Shown in pieces: positions 39,072 to 51,304 of a DNA stretch of 64,000 nt. The DNA is from Camelus ferus (taxonomy: Eukaryota). Position numbers and translations under genes: made by a program. Numbering within the stretch: position 1 is the stretch's first letter; each line of letters starts with the position of its first letter. Location of the stretch: contig NC_045696.1 of NCBI RefSeq assembly GCF_009834535.1, positions 35,590,001 to 35,654,000 of the forward strand, in the 5' to 3' direction. Under the pieces are notes generated by a model, which saw only the letters and a list, made by a program, of their open reading frames with translations, was not told where the DNA came from and ran no database searches.

Positions 39072-40239
39072 TGCCTCAAGACCTCTCCTAATCCTCCTGT
39101 GATGGAATGAACATGGAGAAGTCACTCTCTGAGGACATTAGAAACAAAATGCTGTATAAAATAACTACAGAATCTGTGTGAACAAGATTTAAAACAAATT
39201 TAAAATTTTATAAGACACAGTATCAAAATATAATTGCAACTTAATATTAGTAGTTCTAAATCTTTTTGTAACTTTTAAGTGGTATAAAGAAAGTTCCTTG
39301 TTTTGAAATGACTACAGATTCAATTTTTTCAAAGTATTAAATAGTTATTTTAATTAACAACAACAAAACCTATATTTTCTTTAGCAAGGAAAATCACAAA
39401 TCACAGAAATAGAAAAATCAAATGTTTATTATATCATATGGTAGAAAAAAAGCCATACTGAGGGACAGGAAGGACAGAATACCGTTAGATAAATATTTAT
39501 TATATTGATGCATATTTTGGAACATCAATCAGTCTAGCCTTACATGATCTTAATTAGCAGTTAACCTTATCTGATAAGTAAATTTGCAAAAACAACAATA
39601 AATTCTAAAATTCTAATATGATTCCAGATTTACCACAGATATCTCTATGATAGTGTTATATATGATCGTCTAATGAGTCTTCAGTGTCTGAGGTTTAAGA
39701 AATACTCCATTTAAAAACTTCAGTCTTAGGACTTTTGCAGATAAATTTTATATTTGCTATATTTCCATTGTTTGATAGAGCAGATGAAAAGAAGAGAGAA
39801 AAATAACTTTTTTAACATACACTTTGATTTATAAAAATCTTTGAGTTTGCACAGTTTGATTTTTTTTTAAATCAGTTTACTCTTACTGCTTTACCGTAGA
39901 ATTCTTCCCAACTTTAAATATAGAGGAGGAAAAAAGTACCTTTTGTCTTAGGAGTAAAAAGACAAAAATCAAAACTCTCACTCCATTTTTTAAATCAAAA
40001 TGATATATTCACGAAAACTCTAAGGATTTAGAAGTCTGATTTGTTATAGATCAATATTTAAAAGATATAAAAAAGGCTCTTGCTGTATTTCTTTAATGGT
40101 TTGCTTCTTATTCTAGGTTTCATTTTTTTTAATTATAAACATTTCATCCATAATACATATACATGCTTCTTAGTAGAACATAGTGTATTTTTACCTGGAA
40201 TTTAGATAGTATTTTTTGGACTTAGTTTACAGTAGCAAT

Positions 40240-40430
40240 ATGAAGACACAGTGGAGCACTTATTTTCTTAAGTGTTTTAAAGTTTCTTACTATTTATAGT
40301 CAGTGCTTCTATTATGTACAATTAAATTTATTATCATTTTACAGAAGAGGAAACAGAGGCATCGAGAGATTAGGTAGATTTCTAAAGTTACACAACTGGT
40401 AAATGATGGGTCTGATTCCAGAACCCATGT
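40240..40430 (-). mobile_element. MIR SINE
   Basis: CATTTTACAGAAGAGGAAACAGAGGCA core. Confidence 0.75.
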
Positions 40431-40743
40431 ATTTTTGTGACAGTATAAATATTCTCATAAATATTTCATTTGATTTTGCTCTATAAGCTGTCCAGATACT
40501 ATTATATACTTTTGGTCATGGTCTAGGACACAGAATTTATGTGTTTTTTCTGAGATTGCATAGATGTTCAGTGGAGTCAGTGGACCTAGAACCTCCAGGT
40601 TTTGGAGGACTGATCCAGTGCCGCTCTTATACATTTAAAAAAAAAGTCATGCTAAGACCCACAGAAAGCATGGGCTGTATAAAAGTAGAAGAACTTTCCT
40701 AGAACAAACACAATATCCACTAAAGCAAGAGTCCAGATGATAT

Positions 40744-41253
40744 TGTTACCCCAAAGGTAAAGACCTCAGTTCTTGTCATACCCAAAAAATAAGTTTTAGT
40801 CAGGAGATGGTTTGTAGTGAAAGATTTTAGATTTATTTAGAAAAGGGAAAGCGGGCTGCTCCAAGGGGGGAAGAGCGGTGCTCTCTGTTTTGCCTTTTCT
40901 CTTATACCCTCGCTGAGAGGTGGTCTTTTGATTGATTGATGGCTCTTGCCCCTAGAAAACCTAGTCATGATTGTTTCCTTTGCACATGTCCTTTCCCATG
41001 GTATACACAGAAAAACCCATGTGGGGCTAAACCACAATGTTAATTGTGTTACAGTGAGCACTGGGTCATGTCCAGTTAAGTTTTTTTTGCTACTGTGCGG
41101 TCATGACTGTCAGGTTCTTACCAGTTTCTTACTGGCAGTCATTCAGAAGAAGTAAAGCCCCTTCATGCTGGAGACAGGCATAACACCGTCTTCCAGACCT
41201 TCCTCCCTCTCCTCCACCTTATTTGCCTGGTGCCCCCACTTATCTAACTGGCA
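40744..41253 (-). mobile_element. ERV1-like solo LTR
   Basis: Begins TGTTACC. The minus strand carries TATAA (40902-40906) followed by AATAAA (40832-40837) in U3-R-U5 order. Right boundary and TSD not resolved. Confidence 0.65.
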
Positions 41254-41334
41254 TGTTTGGGAAAGCAGACAGTCCAACTGTCTGGAAACCCTCAGTGGGT
41301 AGAAACTGAGTCCAAAGCCCAAGAAAGGCAGGCA

Positions 41335-41560
41335 CAACGTAGGTGTTAAGAGGAAGGACTCTGGAGTAAACTGACATGTATAAGAATGACCTTGACAAGC
41401 CACTTCAATTTTCAATGCCTCAGTTTCCCTGTCTGGAAATTGGGGAAGATCATTGTGCATTACTCAATAGGGTTTTCTGTTGCTTGAATTAAGTGTTGTT
41501 TGTAAAGTGCTTAAAATATTACCTGGCATAGTAGTATAGTGGGCACTCATGCTGTGTGTT
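41335..41560 (+). mobile_element. MIR SINE
   Basis: GTTAAGAGGAAGGACTCTGGAG..TGACCTTGACAAG..TGCCTCAGTTTCCCTGTCTG..TGTAAAGTGCTTAAAATATTACCTGGCATAGTA. Confidence 0.8.
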
Positions 41561-42079
41561 TTGTGTTTAAATAAATAGTACATAATTTGAACATCCAAGG
41601 AATTTCAAATTGATATCAATTTTTGACAGTATGCTAGGTAAAATTATAAGACAACTCTATAACACATTTAATCAATACTATTTATTCAATGGTTTGCCAA
41701 TTTCAGTAACAAAAATGGTCTGATGTGGTCATGTGTTTTTAGGTCATCTCTGGGATTCATAGATATTTAGAGCTAGAGGAAATTGTAGAGAAGTCTAGTT
41801 TAATCCTGTCTTGAACAGAAAAAGGAATAGAGAATTCTTCTTTATTCTATCATGCCTCATCGCCACGCCCCCCCCCCACCAGTTTCACTGAACTTTATTT
41901 CTGAAACTGGCTGAAGTTTACCAGTGAATTCAGAACTTGTTGCTCTTTACAAGTTATTACAGTATGCAAAATGAAAAGCATGAGACAGAGCAATTATTAT
42001 ATGTTCCTGAAGCATTATTCAATTGCAAGATTAAGTTATTTTACAAACGATTCATAGATCTATAGCCAATGGATAGGGA

Positions 42080-42481
42080 TGTATCAGTCCAGGTCTTCCA
42101 GGAAGCAGATACTAAAGTGGAATTACAAGAGCTTTGGGGCGGGGAGTGGATACAGATTAAAAAATAAAAGGGGAGGAGCAGAAGTGGCCAGAGCCTCAGA
42201 CCGAGCTGAAGACAGACAGAACAAGGGTTGAGGAGGAGAAGCCTCAGAGAGCTCTGAGGTGCTCGCCAAGCCAGTGGGGAGCCCCAGAGTGAAGACCGCC
42301 CTTCCTCCCAAAGGAGTCCCTCACTGGGCGGAAACGGTCTGGCTCCAGGCCCCTCGCCACGTTTAGTCCTCGAGGAGAGCCCGGCCGCGGCGGCTCCTGA
42401 AGGTGCAGCAGCTGGAGGCTGTCTGCCCGCTGCAGGCTGGGCAGGAGGGAGATCCCAGCAGGCACCCCCATGGCTGCCACA
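42080..42481 (-). mobile_element. LTR16-like (ERVL) solo LTR, GC/CpG-rich
   Basis: TGTATCAGTCCAGGTCTTCCAGGAAGCAGATAC ... GCAGCAGCTGGAGGCTGTCTGC ... CCATGGCTGCCACA, with TG..CA termini. Confidence 0.75.
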
Positions 42482-42779
42482 GTGCTGTGAACAATAGTTT
42501 TGTGATAGTAAAGAACAAAGTGCTTGTCACAGTGTATATTATGAGTGTACCATCCTGCCTCACTCTGAGGTCTTTTTTTCAGATGCTTGGAAAACTTCTA
42601 ACAGCCTATCTGCCATGTCTCTATATTGGCATCATTTAACTATTCCCTAAACTGCCTTATTTTAGAGAAAAGCTTCCAAACTTAGATTTTCATCAGGTTC
42701 AAGATGGGATGTTGGCTTCCAGAGAGGTGATGGTATACTAAACCCTCTCTTCTAAGCTCCTCTTTTGATACCTCGCTCA

Positions 42780-43216
42780 TTCATTTGTTTAGTCAGCATT
42801 TACTACAAGAGCAATAAATGTTGATATATGAGTGTATGAGAAGGAATGTTCCAGGAACTGCGTATATTTCAGGAAGTGCAGAGATGAGAATGCTTTGGAT
42901 TTTGTTAGCAGATGAGGCTGAGGATTTAAGCAGAGAACAGATCCGAAATGGCTTTCCAGGTATTTTATCCGGAAAGTGATAGAGAGCCCTGCAAAACTTT
43001 TATGCATGAGAACGACATAATCAGATTCAGGGCTTAGAAGGAATACTCTGGTGGCCAGGTAAAAGATTGTAAAGGCCTGCACATAGTGATCAATTGGGAA
43101 TTTCTAATTGTAATCCAGAGGAGAAATGAAGCTGGAAACGAAAATATTTAAAAGAAATTGGTGATTAATTGGATATAGAATAATCAGGAGAGGGAGAAGA
43201 CAAGGTGACTTTATGT
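42780..43216 (-). mobile_element. Degraded LINE-2 (resumes after about 43733)
   Basis: TCATTCATTTGTTTAGTCAGCATTTACT (antisense L2 3' end) and TTGTAATCCAGAGGAGAAATGA..GGTGATTAATTGGATAT. Confidence 0.65.
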
Positions 43217-43390
43217 CAATGGTTTGTTACTCAAAATGTTGTGGTCTGGAATCCGAGGCAATAGCATCACTGGGAGCTCATAAGATATGCACACTCTCAG
43301 TCCTCACTCCAGACCGCCTGAACCAGAAACTGCTTTGTCCAGAAGATCCCCGAGTGGTTTGTATGAACATCAAAGTTAAGAGAAGCACTG
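43217..43390. mobile_element. MER5-family (hAT-Charlie) MITE
   Basis: CAATGGTT..CTCAAA...AGCATCACTGGGAGCT...CAGACC..CTGAACCAGAAACT...AAAGTTAAGAGAAGCACTG. Confidence 0.85.
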
Positions 43391-43398
43391 GTCTAGGT

Positions 43399-43724
43399 CA
43401 AGGGTCAGTGAACATTTTCTTTAAGGGGCTAGAAAATAAACATTTTAGGCTTTGTGTGCATGTAGTCTCTGTTGCTCCTGCCCAGCTTGGCTATTGTTTC
43501 CTAAAAGCAACCATAGACAATACGCAGATGAATGACTGTGGCTGTGTTCCAATGCAGTTTTGTTTATAGACACCAAAATTTGAATGTTATTTAATTTTCT
43601 CATGTCACAAAATCTTTTGACTTTTTACAACCATTTAAAATTGTAAATTGTTCTAAGCTTCTGAGCTACACAAACACTGATGGCAAGCTAGACATGGCTC
43701 CTGGGCTATTTTTGCCAACACCTC
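43399..43724. mobile_element. MER58B-like (hAT-Charlie) MITE
   Basis: CAAGGGTCAG..ATTTTAGGCTTTGTG..AAAGCAACCATAGACAATACG..GTGGCTGTGTTCCAAT..TTTGCCAACACCT. 8-bp flanks GTCTAGGT / GTATAGGA. Confidence 0.88.
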
Positions 43725-44265
43725 GTATAGGAGAGTGAATGAGTGATGGGCTGTTTATAAAGGAAGGAGATGCAGAGACAGGAACAATTTGATGGTGATG
43801 TGTGTTGAGGTCCACAGGACAGGTGTTACACCACCTCTAAGATAAATATGGATATTGGAGGCTAAACAAGCTTAATGAGAAAGGCTGTGTAATTTTATTC
43901 GGGGAAATCTTACCTATTCCCTATGTTTCTCTGATAACTTCTGTTTTATCTGATGGTTTCTTGCCAATGAGTATGGAGAAAAGCAGTCCACCTATTTCAC
44001 GCCATAGGCACTCAATAGTGTTGATTGATGCCAGTGAAACAGTGTTTCATCTTACTAATGGGAAATTTCAAGTTAATTATACAAAATATCTTATTTTTTT
44101 TACACTAAGTGAAGAATTATTTTTTACCTTGTATCAGGCAGTAAGGCATATTTCAGGTAAAAGCAGAATAAATATGACTTAACTTATCAGTGTTTCCATT
44201 TCGATGTTGGTTATGATGTGTTAATGCCTGGTCTCTTCTGACTTTTTTCCTCTTCAACCTCACAG

Positions 44266-44368
44266 CTTTCTCCATCTCTGGTGAAAATAGCCAAGTGGTA
44301 ATGATTGCCATTTCAGCGGCAGTAGCAATCATCCTCCTCACGGTTGTCACCTACGTTTTGATTGGGAG
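44266..44368 (+). CDS. EPHA3: EPH receptor A3, coding exon 8 (103 nt; transmembrane helix)
   Basis: tcacag|CT...AG|gtgagt. Translates (S)FSISGENSQVVMIAISAAVAIILLTVVTYVLIG(R); phase 1 to 2. Not in the ORF track. Confidence 0.97.
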
Positions 44369-45063
44369 GTGAGTTCACAGTCTGTTTTATGACTTACTTT
44401 CAGCACTGCTTTGCATGCTCCCCTCAGTTGCTATGAAAATCTGAAGAGTGTGGTCAATAAAGTACTTTAACAAATAAGAATGTCTCCACTTGTGTTCTCC
44501 ATCTTTCTCATTTCCCTCCCTTTCTTTTGATGCTCCTACGTTTTGAGTTTCTTTTTTTCATTAAGTTCCCGCCCCCTCTCCAACACACACCACTTTTCTC
44601 TTTTGACCTCACTCCTAGTTTCTACTTTCTTTTTTCCAATTATCCCTTCACTCTTCAAATACACCCCAGATTTCTCTGACACTTTCTCACCCAGAACACT
44701 GGTAACACTGCACAGCACTAATCACTAACAATGGAAACTTTACCCTTCATTCATTCGAACAGCAGTTGTTTAAAAAAAAAATACTATAAACACTTTCGAG
44801 GGCCATTATAAAAACCGAACTGAAGGGGTCTGCACGGTGGGGAAGCAGCTCTACATGTCTCCTCATTAGGCAGCCTTCCAGGGTCCCCAGAGAAAGAGGC
44901 TTTCTATAGAGGATTTAGAAAATCTGAAGTCATTAAACTTTCACTAAAGCATTTAATTGTTTGTGGGAAATGCTCTATTTTTTGTGTTTTGCACATTCTG
45001 AGCTTAGATGATTGTTTTAAGTATATTTTCTTTCTGTGTTCTCTTCCTTTGATTTACCTCCAG

Positions 45064-45128
45064 GTTCTGTGGCTACAAGTCAAAACATGGTGCAGATGAA
45101 AAAAGACTTCATTTTGGGAATGGGCATT
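45064..45128 (+). CDS. EPHA3: EPH receptor A3, coding exon 9 (65 nt; juxtamembrane)
   Basis: ctccag|G TTC...CAT T|gtaagt. Translates (R)FCGYKSKHGADEKRLHFGNGH; phase 2 to 1. Confidence 0.96.
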
Positions 45129-47473
45129 GTAAGTTTCTAAACGATTTTTGATGTTTTGTTTTCGCCATTTCAATTTTAGCAGTTAATAATTTATAACTGG
45201 ATAACTGCCCCCTGACGAAGAGAATCCAAAAATGGAACAGGTTAAGTTTATTTTAAATGGAGATGGGAATGCATGGCTCTGCATCAAGTAATCGTTACGT
45301 GGCCACATTCAGCAGACTTGAGCAAACGTGAAGGGTAACTGGTGGTTTATATTCAAATAACGCACACGATGGGGAGTACGTGCTATAGTCTGCTCTGCGT
45401 GGCTGAGAGGCAAAGCATATCTTCCGTTTCCTTATATTAACGGTCCTTTGCTAAAATCTAAATAGGAGCCTTTTCCATTTCCTAACTGCCAAGTAAATAT
45501 AAACAACCTCTGTTTATGTGGAATGCCTTACTCCATTTTGTCAACCAACCAGGAAAGAGCCTTTAGAATAAACTGTTTATTTTGGAGTTACATGATATCC
45601 AACTGGTAGGAAAGCCAGCACTTTCCGCCCTTATTTTAATACCAACCATTGGCATCTCTTTTTTTAATATTTTCTAAAAGAAATACTCTTTTCAGAAACA
45701 AAGCATTTGTATCTAATATAAAGACGCATTTTTTTTTCTTTCTGTTTCTTCTGGTGAAACAAATCATTCCAGGTGTTTTGCTTTTTCAAACTATATCTCA
45801 GTTTATTGTCATAATTGCTAATCAGTGGCCTTGAAGGGAACAGGATGTTGTCGTGGAAATTTGTACAGAGGCTCTCCTCACGCCTATATTCTCTCAAATA
45901 ATTTTAGCGTAACTGAATACAGTCTTGTAAGCCTGATTTTCTTTGGCCTTCACTTTTGTATTTTCTGAAAATACGTTTAGTTCAACGTGATACTTCTTAT
46001 CTGTCATTGGCTTTCCATCTAAAAGGTATAGCTTTAGTTATAACTCAGATCAAAACTCAATGACCTGTTGCTACCATGCAGGAAGCATTCAATAGATTGA
46101 AGAAAGAAAAGAAAGTCTTCCGAAACATAGGTTGAAGTAGAGTGGACAGAGCGGTGGAGTTTGTAGAGAGTATTGTTTGTTTTATCTACCTCATCGAAGT
46201 CATAGAAAAATTCACAGACAATCCCAAGTATCATCTTCCTAATATCAGTATCTCATTCCCGATTAGTGAAGTTGCCAACTCAAAAGTCTTACAAGAGTGC
46301 ATGAGCCAATTACAGGATGTTTATCTGGCTTTTTCTTCATGATCCCCTAAAACACTGAGTCATGGTCGACCATGCATAAATTAGCCAGGGCAGTTGCATT
46401 CCTGTGGATTCCGTTGCTCTTAATCTGAGTCAGACAATGGATGTAAGTATTGTCTGTAGAACAATACATACTGATTTGGTTCTTTACGTAGGATTTATGA
46501 ATCTCATGACTTTGGAACGTTGACGAATTCCTGTGTGCCAGTTGTAGGCAGGTTCCTCTGTCGCCCCAACTGCTTTAGCTGTTGGTCTTCATGGTGGAGT
46601 TTGTGGAAACTTAAATTGTCTTCAAATGTACAATATTCTTATGATAGCCAAACAAAAAAGAAATGTTTTATCCTAGCTGTGAGGGCATAAAGTAACTTAT
46701 ATGCATGTCATAAACTTTCTGCATCTTAATGCTACAGCTGGTTTATTTCAGACCATTTATTTGGTATTACTTTGAAAAGCTCCAGCTATGAACTATTCCC
46801 TCCAGCCTTGTTACAAATCCTATAATATTGCTTCAAAAGGAAAGAAATGTGTTTCACCTCCTACGATCCTGTCCCCTTGCCCTCTCTGACTGGGCCTTTT
46901 TACTTTTTTGCTATCCTTAGGGCAACTCATGCTGGTAAAATGGAAATGGAAATTACTGTGTTTGCACAGAACGAGCTGTAAAGTAGTACAGCTTAACACG
47001 TGTGCATGTGTTTATTATCTGGTTTTCTTGACACAGCCCAGTTACTCTGTGTGTTGCCCTTAATTATTGGTGTGAAGGGATTATGTGCCTCGCATCCTGA
47101 ATCACCTGATTCCTGGAACCTCTGGGGGCGGCAGTTAAAAATCAGCAGCCAAAGCTCCCACAGTGAACAGGTCATTTTTCTTGGAGATATCTGCATGTGT
47201 GTGTGTTTGTATTTGTATTGTTTCCCTAAATGTTATGTGAGTAGAAAAGCAATTTACTTGATTTTAATCAATCACAATGAATTTGATTGATTTTATTGGG
47301 GAATGACTTGAATTTTTAGATTATTTAGTAAAACATTTTCTCTCTCTAGGGCTGACAGGTATGGGAGGGTAACTCTAAAGCACACTTTCAAGGCTGTTTA
47401 ATGCCAGTGCTTATTTGGAATGTTTGAGACATTGTTCCCAACAACTCATTTTATAATCATATTTGTAAAGTCC

Positions 47474-47682
47474 TTTTTTTGAATTTAAGTATAGTTGATT
47501 TACAATATTATATTAGTTTCAGGTGTACAGCATAGTGATTCAGGAGTTTTACAAATTATAAGCCATTAAAAGCTATTACAAGATAATGGCTATAATTCTC
47601 TGTGCTGCACAATATATCCTTGTTGCTTATCTGTTTTATACATAGTAGTTTGTATCTCTTAAACCCATACCCCTATTTTGCC
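47474..47682 (-). mobile_element. 5'-truncated LINE-1 3' end
   Basis: T-run then AAGTATAGTTGATTTACAATATTATATTAGTTTCAGGTGTACAGCATAGTGATTCAG...CTGTGCTGCACAATATATCCTTGTTGCTTATC. Confidence 0.88.
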
Positions 47683-48630
47683 GTAAGTCTCTCCCAAACT
47701 GATTTCCTTAAGTTCAGCAAGGTAAAACATTTGTAATTGTTTACCAGAAAAACAATTCATTTTTATCTTATTTTTAAAGGTCCTATTTTTTTTCTTTGAA
47801 AAGGAATGCTAGATTTTCTTTCCTTACTATTTCCTGACCTTACTATGATTAGGGGAAAATCAAAACTGGATGATCGTGTATTCTAGCTTCCATTTGATGT
47901 GCCTTCTTTAAAATGTAACCAAATTGACTAAACAAAGAGATTCTGAGAAGACTTTTTCCTAACGTCTTTTAGAAAACCTATAGTTACTTTTAGTGTTTTC
48001 CTTACCCCAAAGCAAAAAAGTATGATAGCTTTCCTTGATCTGTTTGCTTGTTTTAAGGGTAAAGTGTCTTAGTACTGATAATGTCAGAAATAGTTTCAGT
48101 ATAATAATAAATTATAGTGGACCACTTTACTAATGAGTGACTGTTTTTATAGGAAGCAACGTTTATAGTAACAGCAGAAGCATGCAGACCGATGTGTGAG
48201 CTCCAAAGAAATGGGCATTTCTGAGCCCAGATTCTATCTCCAGGAAACCTCAATAATATTCATATTTGTGAATAAACATTCTTAACATGAAAATACTAAT
48301 AATGGCAATAGTCTCTATTGTTCCCCGGGCACTGACTACACAACAGGCACTCAGTGCGAGGCACCTGAATAGCAAGTTGTCCAGGGCTTCTTTCTCTGAT
48401 GCCTAGCGGATTCTTTGTGCTGCGCTATTGAAAGTAGAAGAACTGAAAAAGCAGATCAAAAGCTACTCCACTCACAGTTTTCCCAAAGCAGGGGCAAAAT
48501 ACTTGCCATTTCCTCATTTCTGTGGATGTTGACTCCCTGGATATGTGTGTCATCTCACATCACATACTCTCTGCCTCAGGACGGAGAGTGGCTGCTCCTT
48601 AGCAGTGTCAGGGTCAACACCAGGCAGAGG

Positions 48631-49268
48631 TGATAAAGGAAAATGGGGTGCGAGAGGATGGCCATGTCCCAGCTCCCAGGCGAGTCCCCATAAAGTGAGG
48701 GTCCTTGGCTTTGTGCAGGAAAGAATTCAAGAGTGAGCCAAAGTTGAGTAAAAGTAGATTTGTTCAGAGAGATGCACACTTCATAGACCAAGGGTAGGCC
48801 ATCTCAGAAGGCCAGAGAAGCCACAAGGCGTCAGGTGGCTGTTTCATTTAAAGTAAAAGTAGATACATACTCCATAGACAGAGTGCAGGCCATCTCAAAA
48901 GGCAGAGAAAGGCCACAAAGTGTGGGGTTGTTAGTTTTTATGAGCTCAGTTATTTCATATGCTAACAAGTGGGAGGATGATTCCAATTACTTTGGGGAAG
49001 GGGTGGGGATTCCCAAGAGCTGGGCCACCACCCACTCTTTTACATTTTATGATCATTCTTGGAACTGTCATGACACCTGTGGGAGTGCCATTTACCATGC
49101 TAATATATCACAATGAGCATATAATGAAGGTTAGGGTCTGCTGGAAGTCAGATCTTCTGCCACCTTGGGCCTCGAGGTCCACTGGGAGTTGAATCTTCCA
49201 CCATCTTGGTGCAAATTGCTGTGTTATTCTCGTAATGGTTGTGCCCTGTCCCCTTCCCTCCTGTCTCA
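48631..49268 (-). mobile_element. ERV1-type solo LTR (638 bp) with 4-bp TSD
   Basis: TG (48631)...CA (49268), flanked by GAGG at 48627-48630 and 49269-49272. GGGTCCTTGGCTTTGTGCAGGAAAGAATTCAAGAGTGAGCCA is typical of antisense ERV1 U5. Confidence 0.88.
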
Positions 49269-49728
49269 GAGGTAGGAGTGGCGCTAACCTGTCTTCTCTT
49301 GCGTTCTCCATTTGCTCCCTCACCCCCCAATTCCTATTCAGCTGTCTCAAAATTACCTGTAGAAGTAGCTGGGGAAAGTAGAGTTTACTTCCCCTCTCTC
49401 CCAGCTACCATATCTCTTTTATAGTCCATTTATTCTCACACCTTTATTTCTTCACTCAAAACCTCTAAGCTGCACAGGAACATCAATGCGATGTAACATG
49501 GCATTCACAAAGTTGTCCTGTAGATCAGAAAGCTAGTCATTTCTTAGCCTAAACTCTGAAATCCTGGACTCACTGGCCGAATATCCATTGTGCTGGAGGC
49601 TCTCCAGAACAGCTGCTGTCATCCCAGTCTCCACACCTATGTCAGACAGACTACAAAACTGGCTCAAAGAAATCTCTGGTAATCCCACAGTGTTCAACAA
49701 GATTCTTCCATTAAAAAGTGGTATCTTA

Positions 49729-49918
49729 TAATAGATGAACAACAAGATCCTACTGCATAGCACAGGGACCTATATTCAATTCCTCATAATAGTCTATAAT
49801 GAAAAAGAATATGAAAAGAAATGTATGTATGTATACGTACAACTGAATCACTATGTTGTACACCAGAAACTAACACAACACTGAATATCAACTATACTTC
49901 GGTAAAAAAAAAAAAAAA
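49729..49918 (+). mobile_element. 5'-truncated LINE-1 3' end with poly(A)
   Basis: ATAGATGAACAACAAGATCCTACTGCATAGCACAGGGACCTATATTCAAT...CTGAATCACTATGTTGTACACCAGAAACTAACACAACA...A15. Confidence 0.9.
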
Positions 49919-51178
49919 GCAATAGCAGAAAAGGCAATGTCTGATTTTATTTATTATTTTAGAATTAAAAAATCCTTTAGTGGTATAGTGTGATAAATGA
50001 AAAAATATATCACCATTTAGTATCCATGTCCCTTGCTAAAATAATTTTACCAATTTTTTTTTACCAGTGTTACCAAAATAAAATCAAAATCAATAATGTT
50101 AGTACATATACTGCGGGAGTTAAATTACAATGTCTTTTAATGTTAGAGCATGTTTATATACTTTAATAGATTTTAGATTCCCTTTTTAAAAGTCTTGTTT
50201 TCTTCAGAGAAAGTTAGTTTCGTGAACATTCCAAATTGTCTCTAATATGAATTATTTTTTCAAATAATAAGAATTTAATTAATATTAAATCAAATCCAAA
50301 ATGATTATTCTGTGTCTTTGGTCTGTGTTTCATTATAGAACATCATGAAATTTTTTAACCTTCAGAATAATTAAATATATAAATACACTATGAAGAAAGT
50401 TCATATTTAATAAGCTATAAATATGATTTGTTTGGAATTTAGCTCCTCAGCACCATTATTAAACTTATAAAGAATACTTATATTACCTTTAACTATATTG
50501 AAAAGTTACACAATAAGGTTTCACTTAATTGATACTATATTAGTATATACATTTTACACCCATATTATATATACATATCCTCACAGCTTAAAATAGATCT
50601 TTAATTGTAGTGGGGAGGAATTTTGATTGTGAACGTTAATGAAAGCAGAATAGTGGAAGACAAAAGACGTGCCCTTCTATATCCTTTAATTTATCTACCA
50701 TTAAAGCAGCTATCCTACCTTATCTACGTATTTCACAAACTTTCGTTTATTGTCAGATGTGGCGCTGTCACAGATAGGTGGTTACTGCACTGTTTGTAGA
50801 ATCATAAATGTGTGATAGTGTGATGGCATTTAGTCACTACTGTGCTGTTTGTAATTACTGGGCCTCCTCAGTTCTGAACCATCTTTCTCACCTTAAGATT
50901 CCCCTCCTTGAATGTCCATTTTCCTTCTGTTTTTGCAGAGAAAGTTTATTGTGGTGCCTCTTTATGTTTCTTTAGGGGGAACTTCTTTTCTTAAATTATT
51001 CAACACTTATTCCAGCCTCTTTGCCAGTTTCAGTGATACCTCAGAATAAGTTGAGTTTGGCACAGTTTGATGTCATGGGGATTTTTTTTAAACTAACAAT
51101 GTTATCATAAAATTTGCTCAGAAAGGTTTTATAAGTCTAACTACAATAATGCCTTTCTTTCTTCCGTTCCTTAAACAG

Positions 51179-51304
51179 TGAAACTTCCAGGTCTCCGAAC
51201 TTATGTTGACCCACATACATACGAAGACCCTACCCAAGCAGTTCATGAGTTTGCTAAGGAATTGGATGCCACCAACATCTCCATTGACAAAGTTGTTGGA
51301 GCAG
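51179..51304 (+). CDS. EPHA3: EPH receptor A3, coding exon 10 (126 nt; juxtamembrane tyrosines and kinase start)
   Basis: aaacag|TG...GCA G|gtaacc. Translates (L)[41 protein letters not shown], with regulatory Tyr codons at 51202-51204 and 51220-51222; phase 1 to 1. Confidence 0.97.

Noticed and set aside
44153..44350. Minus-strand ORFs over exons 8, 10 and 11 (also 51118-51312, 57024-57206, 57222-57491)
   Set aside because: These are antisense shadows of coding exons with no independent support.
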